From Longimicrobiales bacterium (lineage in GTDB: Bacteria > Gemmatimonadota > Gemmatimonadetes > Longimicrobiales > Gaopeijiaceae), in assembly GCA_965226375.1 (NCBI GenBank), contig CBDDCX010000008.1:768001-832000 (forward strand): a stretch of DNA of 64,000 nt, read 5' to 3'. The position numbers and the translations under genes were made by a program. Within the stretch, counting starts at the first letter, position 1, and each line of letters opens with the position of its first letter. Positions 1 to 10,449 of the stretch are shown here, piece after piece. The notes below the pieces were generated by a model that searched no databases, was not told the origin of the DNA, and saw nothing but the letters and a program-made list of their open reading frames with translations.

Positions 1-552
1 CTGAACTACACCTACCAGGAGGGGGAGGGGGGAATCGCCGAGGCTCTGGGCCTGGCGGAGGACTTCGCGGATAACGGCCCCATCTGCGTGATTCTCGGGG
101 ACAACATCTTCGGTTCGCCGATCAAGCCGGCCGTCGATGCGTACCGGACTGAGCCTGACGGTGCGATGGTGGTCCTGAAAGAGGTGGATGATCCGAAGCG
201 CTTTGGTGTGGCTGAGCTGCAGGACGACCGGGTGGTGGGGATCGAGGAGAAGCCCGACCAGCCCCGCAGCAACCTCGCGGTCACCGGATGCTACTTCTAC
301 GACCGGCGCGTCTTCGAGATCGTACAGGGACGCTCTCCTTCGGAGCGGGGCGAGCTCGAGATCACGGATGTGAACAACCGCTACCTGGAGTGGGGAGCGC
401 TACGCCACCACGTCGCGGACGGATGGTGGACGGACGCCGGCACCATCCCGTCCCTGTATCGGGCCACACGCCTGGTGGCGGACGCCGCGGATGAGCCGGT
501 TCTGCACCTTCCTGACGTCACCGATCCCGCCCGGCGGGCAACGGACGCGTGA
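1..552 (+). CDS. Sugar-1-phosphate nucleotidyltransferase (glucose-1-phosphate thymidylyltransferase family), 5'-truncated by the window edge
   Basis: Frame open from base 1 (YTYQEGEGGIAEAL, ILGDNIF, RFGVAE, EEKP, GCYFYD, RGELEITDVN, WWTDAGT); precedes rmlB. Confidence 0.9.
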   Translation: MNYTYQEGEGGIAEALGLAEDFADNGPICVILGDNIFGSPIKPAVDAYRTEPDGAMVVLKEVDDPKRFGVAELQDDRVVGIEEKPDQPRSNLAVTGCYFYDRRVFEIVQGRSPSERGELEITDVNNRYLEWGALRHHVADGWWTDAGTIPSLYRATRLVADAADEPVLHLPDVTDPARRATDA

Positions 553-1625
553 GGCTTCTCGTCACCGGCGGATCGGGCTTCATCGGGTCTAACTTGGTCC
601 GGTATCTCCTCGAGAAACACACGGATGTGGACGTAGTCAACCTCGATCTTCTGACCTACGCCGGGAATCAGGACAACCTCAAGGACGTGGAGGGGGACTC
701 GCGCTACCGGTTCGTGCATGGTGACATCTGCGATGCGGGCCTCGTAGGGGAGCTGGTCGGTGAGGTCGACGCGGTGCTGAACTTGGCCGCGGAGTCCCAT
801 GTGGATCGATCCATCGAGCACGATGGGCCGTTCGTGCGGACCAACGTCGTGGGAACGCACACGCTGCTCAGTGCGGCTCTGGCCGCGTCGAGTTCACCTA
901 GGTTCGTGCAGGTGTCCACGGACGAGGTGTATGGAGAGCTGCCGTGGCGGGATCCGTCGCGGGTCGGGGTCGACCGCGGCGCTGTGGGCGACTCCGATGC
1001 CATGGCTGGATCCGATGGCGCAGCCGACGCCATTGACGACTCCGCGCCGCGCTTCACCGAGTCCACACCGCTGGCACCGCGCTCCCCGTATTCAGCGACC
1101 AAGGCCGCCGGAGACATGCTGGCTCTGGCCTACCACCGAACGCATGGCCTGGACGTGGTGATCACGCGTTGCTCGAACAACTACGGGCCGTACCAGTTTC
1201 CGGAAAAGCTGATTCCCCTCATGGTGTCCAACGCGATGGCGGGGGAGCCTCTTCCCGTATATGGAGACGGGCTGAACGTCCGTGATTGGATCCAGGTGGG
1301 AGATCACTGCCGCGGGCTGGACCTCGCGCTCCGAAAGGGGAGGGCAGGCGAAGTCTACAACTTTGGGGGTGACGCGGAGCGGACCAACCTACAGGTGGTA
1401 AAGGCGATCATCGGGCAGACTGGGGCCGATGCGGGGCTGATCACCTTCGTCGAGGATCGTCTCGGTCACGACCGGCGTTATGCGGTGGATTCGTCCCAGG
1501 CCAAGGAGGAGTTGGGATGGGAGGCTAAAGTGGGTTTCGAGGAGGGGTTGGCTGACACGATCGCGTGGTACGGGGAGAATCGAGCGTGGCTCGAGCGGAT
1601 CGAGACGGGGGCGTACCGGCCTTGA
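549..1625 (+). CDS. rfbB: dTDP-glucose 4,6-dehydratase
   Basis: GGSGFIG, DLLTYAGN, AAESHVDRSI, STDEVYG, YSATK, SNNYGPYQFPEKLIP, GHDRRYA. Confidence 0.95.
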   Translation: MRLLVTGGSGFIGSNLVRYLLEKHTDVDVVNLDLLTYAGNQDNLKDVEGDSRYRFVHGDICDAGLVGELVGEVDAVLNLAAESHVDRSIEHDGPFVRTNVVGTHTLLSAALAASSSPRFVQVSTDEVYGELPWRDPSRVGVDRGAVGDSDAMAGSDGAADAIDDSAPRFTESTPLAPRSPYSATKAAGDMLALAYHRTHGLDVVITRCSNNYGPYQFPEKLIPLMVSNAMAGEPLPVYGDGLNVRDWIQVGDHCRGLDLALRKGRAGEVYNFGGDAERTNLQVVKAIIGQTGADAGLITFVEDRLGHDRRYAVDSSQAKEELGWEAKVGFEEGLADTIAWYGENRAWLERIETGAYRP

Positions 1626-1676
1626 GGCACGCCTCTGCGGTCGGATGCGAAGCCAGCAGCGAACGGAGTCTCTTCC

Positions 1677-2096
1677 TCAACTCCTGAGGATGGCCGCGAG
1701 TTCGGAGGGCGAGATGATGCGGTAGTCGCCGGGTGCGGGAACGGTCAGGAGATCCTGATCCCCCGTGACCTGGAATTCGGCTTTTCCGGCCTCGGCGAGC
1801 TGGAGGAAGATTCGGTCGTCATGGTCACGAACCGGGGGCAACGTTTTGGTCACCTCCGTCACGTCCACGGGCTCCGAGAAGGGAAGGAAGTCGCCGAGAA
1901 GGGCCTCGATCTCTTGATCTGTCAGGTGGAACTTGGGATAAGAGAGGACGCGGAGAAGCTCCGCGGCTGTGGCGTGGGAGACCAGCGGACGGAAGTCCCC
2001 CGCCATCCACGACGGACGAAGCCAGGACAGCCGCCCACGTTCGAAGAGGAGGGCCGAGACGACCACGTTGGTGTCCAGTACAACTCGTCGGATCAC
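1677..2096 (-). CDS. PIN-domain toxin (putative TA toxin component, PIN family)
   Basis: RVVLDTNVVVSAL, ELLRVLSYPKF, RDHDDRIFLQLA, VTGDQDLL; 4-nt overlap with upstream AbrB-type gene. Confidence 0.9.
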   Translation of the reverse strand: MIRRVVLDTNVVVSALLFERGRLSWLRPSWMAGDFRPLVSHATAAELLRVLSYPKFHLTDQEIEALLGDFLPFSEPVDVTEVTKTLPPVRDHDDRIFLQLAEAGKAEFQVTGDQDLLTVPAPGDYRIISPSELAAILRS

Positions 2097-2317
2097 TCTT
2101 TACGGGCCCAACGTACGGCAGCTTCAACGTCCCCCTCCTCGATGCCAAGAGCGGCGAGCTTCTCACGGACCTCGCCGGCCCATCCTGGGCGGACCGGACT
2201 CAGCACGATCCGGCCGTTCTCCTCTCTCGTTTCGAAATAGTCGACATCCGGGAATCGCGCGACGACCGATCGTGGAAGGGTGATCTGATTCTTCGAGGTT
2301 TTCTTAGCGATTGGCAT
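2093..2317 (-). CDS. AbrB/MazE/SpoVT-family antitoxin
   Basis: AKKTSKNQITLP...ENGRIVLSPV; ATG at 2317; directly upstream of the PIN toxin. Confidence 0.85.
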   Translation of the reverse strand: MPIAKKTSKNQITLPRSVVARFPDVDYFETREENGRIVLSPVRPGWAGEVREKLAALGIEEGDVEAAVRWARKE

Positions 2318-2369
2318 GGCGCTTCCACTCGTTGCCGGCACTGCGCACCGTTCAGGGGGGGCAAGAATC

Positions 2370-2438
2370 AAGGAAACACGGATTCCTTACCAAAATAACC
2401 ATGCCTGAGATCGTGTGGAAGGGACACGTAGATGTCAA
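2370..2438 (-). promoter_or_regulatory. Putative sigma70 promoter and palindromic operator of the AbrB-PIN operon
   Basis: Minus strand TTGACA(2438-2433)-N17-CACGAT(2415-2410); inverted repeat AAGGAA-N7-TTCCTT at 2370-2388. Confidence 0.5.
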
Positions 2439-2645
2439 CGGGCACTGAATGTGGGCGAGGGTGATCACGATGGGGCCTTGCTCCTCGCGCTTCCATGGTC
2501 TCACCCGTCAACCTCACTCTATTCATGATTGGGCCCGGCAGGCTCTGAATCGTTGACTGGGCAGGGACGGGCGGTAGGTTGAAGGCCGTTAGATCCTTGC
2601 ACGGCCCCCGGGTTACAAACCCGCTATGTTCTCGACTGGAAATCC

Positions 2646-3704
2646 ATGGCAGACACGATCTTGGTCACCGGCGGTGCCGGGTTCATCGGATCGCATTTGG
2701 TCCAACGGCTGCTGGAGCAGGGCAAGACCGTTTTCGTGGTGGACGACCTGTCCACCGGCTCCCTCGACAATCTGGCCGATGTCCGGCATCACGCCTCGCT
2801 GCACCTGATCATCGACTCGATCCTGAACCACCCGATGATGAGCGATACGGTGAGTCAGGTGGAGCAGGTCGTCCATCTGGCGGCCGCGGTGGGCGTACGA
2901 AAGATCATCGAGTCCCCGGTGGAGACGATCACCACGAACGTCCGAGGTACAGAGATCGTGTTGAGCTGCTGCCATGAGCACGGCACACCGCTCTATCTCG
3001 CCTCCACCTCCGAGATCTATGGAAAGGGAGGAGACCGACTGGACGAGGAGCACGACCGGATCATGGGGAGCACCACACATCGGAGGTGGTCCTACGCGTG
3101 TACCAAGGCTCTGGACGAGTTTCTCGCGTTGGCCTACGCCTATGAAAAGGACCTTCCCGTGGTTCTCGGCAGGTTCTTCAATACCGTGGGCCCCAGACAG
3201 ACGGGTGAGTGGGGGATGGTGGTTCCGACTTTCGTGACCCAGAGCCTCGCAGGGGAGCCAATCACGGTGTACGGGACGGGCGAGCAGCAGCGGTCGTTCT
3301 GTCATGTCGACGACTCGGTGCGCGCGGTTATGGGGCTTCTCGAAGCACCGGAGGCCTTGGGCGAGGTGTTCAATATCGGCAACGAAAACGAGATCACCAT
3401 CCGTGCGTTGGCCGAGCGCGTACGCGAGAGAGTCGGATCCGACTCGGAGATCGTGGTGATCCCGTACGATGAGGCATACGGTGAGGGGTTTGAGGACATG
3501 GAGCGCAGGCAGCCGGACATTACGAAGATCAAGGGACCTGGTGCTCCCTTCCGGCAAGAGGAGCCGCGTCCGATCCGTGGACACCGCCGATGGGAGTCTA
3601 GAGCAGGCCACCGCAGGGGATTCAGTCGCCCTGACCATAGAAGACGAACTGGACATAAGCCGGGGCGACATGATCGTGCGCCCCCTGAATCTTCCGGCCG
3701 TTGA
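2646..3704 (+). pseudogene. NAD-dependent epimerase/dehydratase (UDP-glucuronate decarboxylase-like SDR); natural C-terminus lost after about 3533, remainder is out-of-frame cysNC sequence
   Basis: TGGAGFIG, HLAAAVGV, STSEIYG, WSYACTK, RFFNTVGPRQ, QRSFCHV, FEDMERRQPDITKIK, then unrelated Arg-rich tail. Confidence 0.75.
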
Positions 3705-4683
3705 GCAAGAGTTGGACGCCACCATCTGCTGGCTGTCGGAAGGGCCCATGCAGCCGGGGACCCAATATTGGCTTCGGCAAACGACCAGAGAGGTGCAGGC
3801 GTTCATCTCTCGCATCCTGTACCGGATCGACGTGGACACGATGCACCGCGAGCAGGTGGAGGGTTTCGAGCTCAACGACATCGGCCGTGTCCAGATCACG
3901 ACGGCGAGTCCGGTGTTTGTCGATCGTTACCAGCTCAACCGGGAAACGGGTAGCTTCATCCTTATCGATCCCCACAGCAACAACACGGTGGCTGCGGGTG
4001 TGATCCGGGGGCCGGTTCGCCACGAAGAGGATCTGCCCGGAGACGAGACCCTCGAGGAGCGGGCCGAGCGAAAGGCCTCGCCTGATGTGGTCTGGGAGAG
4101 CTGGAACATATCCCTGGAAGAGCGGGAGGCTGAGAACCAGCACCAAGGGGCGGTCTTGTGGTTCACAGGGCTCCCCGGATCCGGCAAGAGCACGATCGCC
4201 AGGGCCGTGGAACGCCGGCTGTTCGACCTCGGGTGCAAGACCATGCTTCTCGACGGCGATCAGGTGCGACACGGCCTCAACGGGGACCTCGGGTTCACGC
4301 CCGAAGACCGCCGGGAGAACATCCGTCGTGTCGGCGAGGTTGCGGCTCTGTTCCTGATGCAGGGGTGCCTGACCCTTTGCACGTTCGTGTCTCCGTTCAA
4401 GGAGGACCGTGACCGCTCACGCAGCCTGGTACCGGAGGGGCGGTTCATCGAGATCTTCATCGACGCCCCGCTGGAGGAGTGCGAGCGGCGTGATCCCAAG
4501 GGCCTGTACGCACGGGCTCGCAAGGGTGAGATCGCGCACATGACGCGGATTTCCAGCCCGTATGAGGTGCCCGAGGCTCCTGAGATGCGCGTGGAAACGG
4601 TCGGGCGAGAGGTGGAGGACATCGTGTCCGAGGTGGTTGCTGCGCTTGGCGACCGACGGATCATCACGGCAAAGGAACGTTGA
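3535..4683 (+). pseudogene. cysNC: 5'-truncated bifunctional sulfate adenylyltransferase subunit 1/APS kinase (CysN C-terminal domains plus full CysC)
   Basis: VLPSGKRSRV, DISRGDMIV, LNDIGRV, NRETGSFILID, WFTGLPGSGKSTIA, LDGDQVRHGL, RDPKGLY; CysN GTPase domain and start codon absent. Confidence 0.8.
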
Positions 4684-5999
4684 TGCATGTAGCAGTCATA
4701 GGAACCGGATACGTCGGCCTGGTCGCCGGCGCCTGCCTTGCCGAAACCGGCAACGACGTCGTCTGCGCCGACATCATCGAAGAAAAGATCGCTGGACTGA
4801 ACGCCGGCGAGATTCCCATCTACGAGCCCGGTCTGGAGCCCTTGGTAGCCCGCAACCTCCGCTCTGGTCGCCTCACGTTCACCACCGATATCCCGGCGGC
4901 CGTACAGGCCTCCGACGTCATCTTCATCGCCGTAGGCACCCCCCCTGACGAAGACGGCTCCGCCGACCTGCAGCACGTCCTCGAGGCCGCCCGCACCATC
5001 GGCAAGGCCATGAACGGCGACAAGATCGTCATCACCAAGAGCACCGTGCCCGTGGGCACCGCCGCCCAGGTTCGCGAAGCCGTCGAGGCCGAGACCGACC
5101 ACAAGGTCCACGTCGTCTCCAACCCCGAGTTCCTCAAGGAGGGGGCTGCGGTCGACGACTTCATGAAACCCGACCGGGTCGTCCTGGGCGTCGACAGCGA
5201 CTATGCGGCCGAGGTCATGCGCGACCTCTACGCGCCCTTCGTCCGCACGGGTAACGCTGTCCTGATCATGGACATCGCCTCGGCGGAGATCACCAAGTAT
5301 GCGGCCAACGCCATGCTGGCCACCCGCATCAGCTTCATGAACACCGTGGCGGGCCTCTGCGAGAAGACGGGCGCCGACGTGAACATGGTCCGAAAGGGCA
5401 TCGGCAGCGATCAGCGCATCGGCTCCCGGTTCCTCTTTCCCGGCGTGGGGTACGGCGGATCGTGCTTTCCGAAGGATGTGAAAGCGCTCATCAGTACCAT
5501 GGACGATCTGGGGGCGGATCCGTCGATACTCAAGGCCGTGGACGAGCTGAACGACCGTCAGAAAGGATTGCTCCTTCGGCTGCTCGTCGAACGTCTCGGG
5601 GAGGACCTGGACGGGACGACGATCGCCGTCTGGGGGCTGGCCTTCAAGGCGAACACGGACGACATGCGCGAAGCCCCCAGCCTGGTGACGATCGAGGGGC
5701 TTCTGGAGCGCGGCGCTCGCGTCGTCGCGAGCGACCCCGAGGCGATGACCGAGGCCCGAAGGCACTTCGGCGACCGCATCGAGCTTACCGAGGACGCGTA
5801 CAGCGCATTGGACGGGGCCGACGCGCTGGTCATCCACACGGAGTGGAATCCGTATCGCCGGCCCGACTTTGCCCGCATGAGAGAGGCGTTGGCGAAGCCG
5901 CTCGTGTTCGACGGCCGCAACCTCTACGATCCGGAGCGGATGGCGGGCATGGGATTCGAGTACTACTCGGTCGGTCGGGCGCCGGCGGGGGTAGGCTGA
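4683..5999 (+). CDS. ugd: UDP-glucose 6-dehydrogenase
   Basis: [53 protein letters not shown]. Confidence 0.95.
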   Translation: MHVAVIGTGYVGLVAGACLAETGNDVVCADIIEEKIAGLNAGEIPIYEPGLEPLVARNLRSGRLTFTTDIPAAVQASDVIFIAVGTPPDEDGSADLQHVLEAARTIGKAMNGDKIVITKSTVPVGTAAQVREAVEAETDHKVHVVSNPEFLKEGAAVDDFMKPDRVVLGVDSDYAAEVMRDLYAPFVRTGNAVLIMDIASAEITKYAANAMLATRISFMNTVAGLCEKTGADVNMVRKGIGSDQRIGSRFLFPGVGYGGSCFPKDVKALISTMDDLGADPSILKAVDELNDRQKGLLLRLLVERLGEDLDGTTIAVWGLAFKANTDDMREAPSLVTIEGLLERGARVVASDPEAMTEARRHFGDRIELTEDAYSALDGADALVIHTEWNPYRRPDFARMREALAKPLVFDGRNLYDPERMAGMGFEYYSVGRAPAGVG

Positions 6000-6139
6000 G
6001 GACGCGCTCCGGGGGGCCCATCCGGACATCGTGCTGCCGCGGGTTTCGCCGTCCCCCTGTGCCATTCTTCCGCCCCAGATCTCACCGTACTCTTCGATGG
6101 TCAAAGAGCTATCGACAAACCCAATCGCTTAGGTTATGC

Positions 6140-6400
6140 TTGTCTCCGACGATACAGCGAGAGGGTGGGTTCCAGTTTCGCATCTTCCCGAACGATCATT
6201 CCCCTCCGCATGTTCACGCGGTCAAGCCGGAGGCTTCGCCAAGATCGCCATCGGCAGCGTGGAGAAGCCGCCTCGCCTACTCGAGGCGCGGAAACTCAAG
6301 GATCATGAGATCGTAAAGGCGGTGCGCGTCGTGGAACGCGAGTGGCAGAAATTCCTGTTGGCGTGGACGGATTCATGGCGCGACGAACCCTCACAAGTGA
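6140..6400 (+). pseudogene. DUF4160-family (DhiT-like) putative toxin with two apparent single-base frameshifts
   Basis: SPTIQREGGFQFRIFPNDHSPPHVHAVK in one frame continues as AGGFAKIAIG...FLLAW in another (shift near 6226); family-like IHG end lies in a further shifted frame (near 6368). Confidence 0.7.
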
Positions 6401-6815
6401 CGACATCCGGGCTCAAATCCCGGCCGCCCGAGCACGCGCCCACAGGAGGCGGGCAGTGCGGGCACGAGGTGCCACGTATGATCGTGACACCGGGCGGGTT
6501 GTGGTCGAGTTGACGAACGGCTGTCTGCTGGGCTTCCCGGCTGACTTGGCCGAGGGGCTTCGGGGTGCGGAGCCCGACGAGTTGGCCCAAGTGCAGGTCG
6601 TGCTGGATGGCGATGGGTTGCGCTGGGAGGGCCTCGATGCCGACCTGCTCGTGCGTGAACTGGCGCGGGGTGTGTTCGGCTCAAGGGGGTGGATGAGCGA
6701 GGTTGCTGGGGAGCTGGGGCGTCGCGGCGGTCGTGCTCGGAGCAAGGCCAAGGCAGCGGCCTCTCGAAGAAATGGTCAGAAAGGTGGGCGGCCCCGCAAG
6801 AATGCTCCCGAGTAG
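6375..6815 (+). CDS. DUF2442-family (DhiA-like) putative antitoxin with basic GGRPRK C-terminal tail
   Basis: VVELTNG, LRWEGLDADL, FGSRGWM, ASRRNGQKGGRPRK; follows DUF4160. Confidence 0.85.
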   Translation: MARRTLTSDDIRAQIPAARARAHRRRAVRARGATYDRDTGRVVVELTNGCLLGFPADLAEGLRGAEPDELAQVQVVLDGDGLRWEGLDADLLVRELARGVFGSRGWMSEVAGELGRRGGRARSKAKAAASRRNGQKGGRPRKNAPE

Positions 6816-6950
6816 CTGTGGGCGGCCTGACCCGCGCTCTCGGGAATACCGGCGGGCCATCGGCACAGTCGTCCCATTCGAACATCGTCCGGCCGCGAAG
6901 ATTGTCGTACCTTGCCGCGAGCGGGCGCGAACGCAGAGCACAGGACACAG

Positions 6951-7307
6951 ATGACCAAGAGTGAGTACCAGGAGCTGGTGGAGTTCATCGCTCCCCAGTT
7001 CGGCCGCATCAACGAGCGTTTCGATACCGTGGACGGGCGTTTCGATGCCATGGACGAGCGTCTCCGCCGAGTGGAGATCCTCGGAGAAGACAATCGCCAT
7101 CAGATCCAGATTCTGGCCGAGTCCATAACTGGCGTCGGCCAGCGGCTCGACGCGTTCCGGTCCGAAGTGGCGGCTCAGTTCACTGAAGTGGCGGTTCAAT
7201 TCACCGAGGTAGGGGCTGAGTTCGTGCACGTTCGCGAGCTATTGCAGACTTCCCACCGTGAGTTGGACGGGCGCGTGACGACCCTCGAAAACCGCCCGAA
7301 CGCCTGA
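6951..7307 (+). CDS. Small heptad-repeat coiled-coil hypothetical protein
   Basis: Repeats [14 protein letters not shown] and [21 protein letters not shown] encoded by 21-bp units; AGGA upstream of ATG. Confidence 0.7.
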   Translation: MTKSEYQELVEFIAPQFGRINERFDTVDGRFDAMDERLRRVEILGEDNRHQIQILAESITGVGQRLDAFRSEVAAQFTEVAVQFTEVGAEFVHVRELLQTSHRELDGRVTTLENRPNA

Positions 7308-7308
7308 C

Positions 7309-8277
7309 ATGAACCGCGTCCTCATCACCGGCGCCGCCGGATTCCTCGGCTCCCACCTGGCCGGTCGCTTCCTTCTCGAGGGCTACCAGGTCATCGGCGT
7401 CGACAACTTTGTCACGGGCTCGCACGAGAACGTCGCCAGGCTCCAGGAGAACGACCACTTCTCGTTCATCCGCCACGACATCTCGACACCGCTCTACATC
7501 GATGGCGAGCTGGACGGGGTCCTTCACTTTGCCTCGCCGGCCAGCCCCGTGGACTACCTGGAGCTTCCCATCCAGACGCTCAAGGTCGGCAGCCTCGGTA
7601 CACACAACATGCTGGGACTGTGCTTGGCGAAGTCGGCACGATTCCTCTTGGCCTCCACATCGGAGGTGTACGGCGACCCGGAGGTGCATCCTCAGCCCGA
7701 GGGCTACTGGGGCAACGTGAATCCGGTGGGACTGCGCGGTGTCTACGACGAGGCCAAGCGCTTCGCCGAGGCGATGACAATGGCGTACCATCGGCACCAC
7801 GGTGTGGACACGAGAATCGTTCGTATCTTCAATACCTACGGGCCGTTCATGAGACCCGCCGACGGCCGCGTGATCTCGAACTTCATCGTCCAGGCGCTCC
7901 GCAACGAGCCCCTCACGATCTACGGCGACGGCTCCCAAACCCGCTCCTTCTGCTACGTCGACGACGAGGTCGAGGGCATCTTCCGGCTCTTCCACTCCGA
8001 CCGGATCGACCCGACGAACATCGGTAATCCACACGAGTTCACGATCGCCGAGTTGGCGGACCTGGTGCTGGAGGAGACCGCATCCAACTCCGGCATCGTG
8101 TCGCTGCCACTCCCCGAGGACGATCCCAAGGTGCGCCAGCCGGAGATCTCGGTGGCGATGGACGTTCTAGGATGGGAGGCGATCACGACGCTTCACGAAG
8201 GGCTCAAGAAGACGATTCCGTACTTTCGCGAGTTGGTGGAGTCGGTGGATGCGAAGGCCCGTACGTTTGCGGACTGA
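7309..8277 (+). CDS. UDP-glucuronate decarboxylase (UDP-xylose synthase)-like SDR
   Basis: [62 protein letters not shown]. Confidence 0.9.
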   Translation: MNRVLITGAAGFLGSHLAGRFLLEGYQVIGVDNFVTGSHENVARLQENDHFSFIRHDISTPLYIDGELDGVLHFASPASPVDYLELPIQTLKVGSLGTHNMLGLCLAKSARFLLASTSEVYGDPEVHPQPEGYWGNVNPVGLRGVYDEAKRFAEAMTMAYHRHHGVDTRIVRIFNTYGPFMRPADGRVISNFIVQALRNEPLTIYGDGSQTRSFCYVDDEVEGIFRLFHSDRIDPTNIGNPHEFTIAELADLVLEETASNSGIVSLPLPEDDPKVRQPEISVAMDVLGWEAITTLHEGLKKTIPYFRELVESVDAKARTFAD

Positions 8278-8348
8278 TTCGGTGAATCCCTCGCCGAGAC
8301 TCGTGCGATGAGTCCCCTCGCTGATCCTCGCGCGACGAGCCTACCTCG

Positions 8349-9353
8349 ATGAGTGCGATCGCGGAGTTCGTTCCCGCCGGGGCCAGCTACCTCGTCACCG
8401 GCGGGGCCGGGTTCATCGGCTCGAACCTGGTGGCGGCTCTGGTCGATGTCGGGGCGACGGTTCGCGTCCTGGACGACTTCTCCACCGGGCGCCAGCAGAA
8501 CCTGGACGGCCTCTGGGACCAGATCGAGCTCATGGAGGGCTCCATCACGGACCCCGTCATGTGTGCGTCCGCCTGTGCGGGCATGGACTACGTGCTCCAC
8601 CAGGCCGCCCTGCCGTCCGTGCCGCGAAGCGTGGCCGATCCCGCCACGAGCCATGCCACCTGCGCGACGGGCACGCTGAACATGCTGGTCGCCGCGCGGG
8701 ACGCGAAAGTGAAGCGATTCGTCTACGCGGCCTCCAGCTCCGCCTACGGCAATACCCCGACGCTCCCCAAGGTGGAGGACATGCCGGCGCAGCCCCGCTC
8801 GCCCTACGCGGTGGCCAAGCTCACGGGCGAGCACTACTGCCAGGCGTTCTCTTTGGTGTACGGATTCGAGACGGTATCGCTCCGGTACTTCAACATCTTC
8901 GGTCCCCGGCAGGACCCTGGCTCCCAGTACTCGGCCGTGATCCCGCTCTTCATCACCAAGGCGATGGCGGGGCAAGCCCCCACGATCGACGGAGATGGGG
9001 AGCAGACCCGGGACTTCACCCATGTGGACAACGCGGTGCGGGCGAACCTCCTGGCGTGCACGGGCCAGGCGGATGCGGTGGCCGGCCAGGTCTTCAATGT
9101 CGGGTGCGGCGAGCGTATCTCGATCAACCGGCTCTGGGATGCCATCCAGGAGGCCACAAAGGCACCTGTGGACGCGGTCCACGGGCCGGCAAGGGAGGGG
9201 GACGTTCGCGACTCCTTGGCCTGTCTGGAACGAGCCCGCGAAGGCCTCGGATATGAAGTGACGGTGCCCCTCGACGAGGGCCTCCAGCGGACCGTCGAGT
9301 GGCTGGTGACTCACGGCGGGTTCGCCACGAGCCCGGAGCGGCACACCTCGTGA
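8349..9353 (+). CDS. SDR epimerase, WbpP/TviC-like (UDP-GlcNAc/GlcNAcA 4-epimerase)
   Basis: HQAALPSVPRSV, ASSSAYG, SPYAVAK, RYFNIFGPRQDP, YSAVIP, GDVRDS. Confidence 0.85.
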   Translation: MSAIAEFVPAGASYLVTGGAGFIGSNLVAALVDVGATVRVLDDFSTGRQQNLDGLWDQIELMEGSITDPVMCASACAGMDYVLHQAALPSVPRSVADPATSHATCATGTLNMLVAARDAKVKRFVYAASSSAYGNTPTLPKVEDMPAQPRSPYAVAKLTGEHYCQAFSLVYGFETVSLRYFNIFGPRQDPGSQYSAVIPLFITKAMAGQAPTIDGDGEQTRDFTHVDNAVRANLLACTGQADAVAGQVFNVGCGERISINRLWDAIQEATKAPVDAVHGPAREGDVRDSLACLERAREGLGYEVTVPLDEGLQRTVEWLVTHGGFATSPERHTS

Positions 9354-9372
9354 GCCCGGAGCGCCATACCCC

Positions 9373-10323
9373 GTGAGGGTTCTGGTCACCGGCGGAGCGG
9401 GGTTCATCGGCTCGCACCTCTGCGAGCGCCTCCTGCAGGATGCATACGAGGTCGTCGTCCTCGACTCCTTCGACGACTTCTACGATCCGGCCATCAAGCG
9501 GACGAACCTGACCGAGTGCCGGGAACACTCCCGCTTCACCGAGGTCGAGGGCGACATCCGAGACTCCGCCGTGCTAGACAAGCTCCCCGAGGTCGACACC
9601 ATCATCCATCTGGCCGCCCGGGCCGGCGTCCGCCCCTCCATCGAGGACCCGGTTCTGTACAACGACGTCAACGTGGGCGGCACTCTGTCCCTCCTCGAGT
9701 TCGCCCGTCGACGCGGCATCCGGCGCTTCGTCTTCGGCTCCTCGTCCTCGGTCTACGGCAACAACGAGAAGGTGCCGTTCTCCGAGGAAGATCCCGTCGA
9801 TCACCCGATATCCCCGTACGCCGCCACCAAGAAGGCCGGCGAGCTCCTTTGCCACACCTATCATCACCTGAACGACATGGGCGTGCTGTGCCTGCGCTTC
9901 TTCACGGTCTACGGGCCGCGGCAGCGCCCCGATCTGGCCATCCACAAGTTCGCCCGCCTCATGACGGCCGGAGAGCCGGTGCCCCGGTTCGGTGATGGCA
10001 GCACCGAGCGGGACTACACCTACGTGGACGACATCGTCGACGGCGTGATGGGTGCGCTCGAGTACCTCGAGGCACACCCCGACGCCTACGAGATCATCAA
10101 CCTGGGCGAAAGCCGCACGGTGTCGCTAAGCGAGATGATCGATACGGTGGCACGTGCTCTGTCGGGGACCCCGACCGTCGAGGAGCTGCCGCTGCAGCCC
10201 GGCGACGTCACGCGAACCTATGCGGACGTGTCGAAGGCCCGGGCGCTTCTGAACTACGCGCCGCGGACAGCGTTCCAGGCGGGGGTGCGGCGGTTTGTGG
10301 AGTGGTTCAGGGCGGAGGGTTAA
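9373..10323 (+). CDS. SDR epimerase, UDP-glucuronate 4-epimerase-like
   Basis: HLAARAGVRPS, SSSSVYG, SPYAATKKA, RFFTVYGPRQRPDLA, RDYTYVDDI, QPGDV. Confidence 0.85.
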   Translation: MRVLVTGGAGFIGSHLCERLLQDAYEVVVLDSFDDFYDPAIKRTNLTECREHSRFTEVEGDIRDSAVLDKLPEVDTIIHLAARAGVRPSIEDPVLYNDVNVGGTLSLLEFARRRGIRRFVFGSSSSVYGNNEKVPFSEEDPVDHPISPYAATKKAGELLCHTYHHLNDMGVLCLRFFTVYGPRQRPDLAIHKFARLMTAGEPVPRFGDGSTERDYTYVDDIVDGVMGALEYLEAHPDAYEIINLGESRTVSLSEMIDTVARALSGTPTVEELPLQPGDVTRTYADVSKARALLNYAPRTAFQAGVRRFVEWFRAEG

Positions 10324-10449
10324 GGTCCAAGCGTCCACCGTCGACGAGTCCCACATAAACATTCCTGAGCCCAGTCCCTGAACCCTTCTTCAACCATGAG
10401 GAGGACGAGGGTCCTCCGTCGTCTACCGTTCCGGTTGGAGACTGCAGGG

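Noticed and set aside
4260..6104. 614-aa minus-strand ORF, and similar long antisense ORFs (18998-20401, 21466-23220, 60429-61967, 62203-63516)
   Set aside because: Shadows of well-conserved + strand genes in high-GC DNA; no recognisable motifs.
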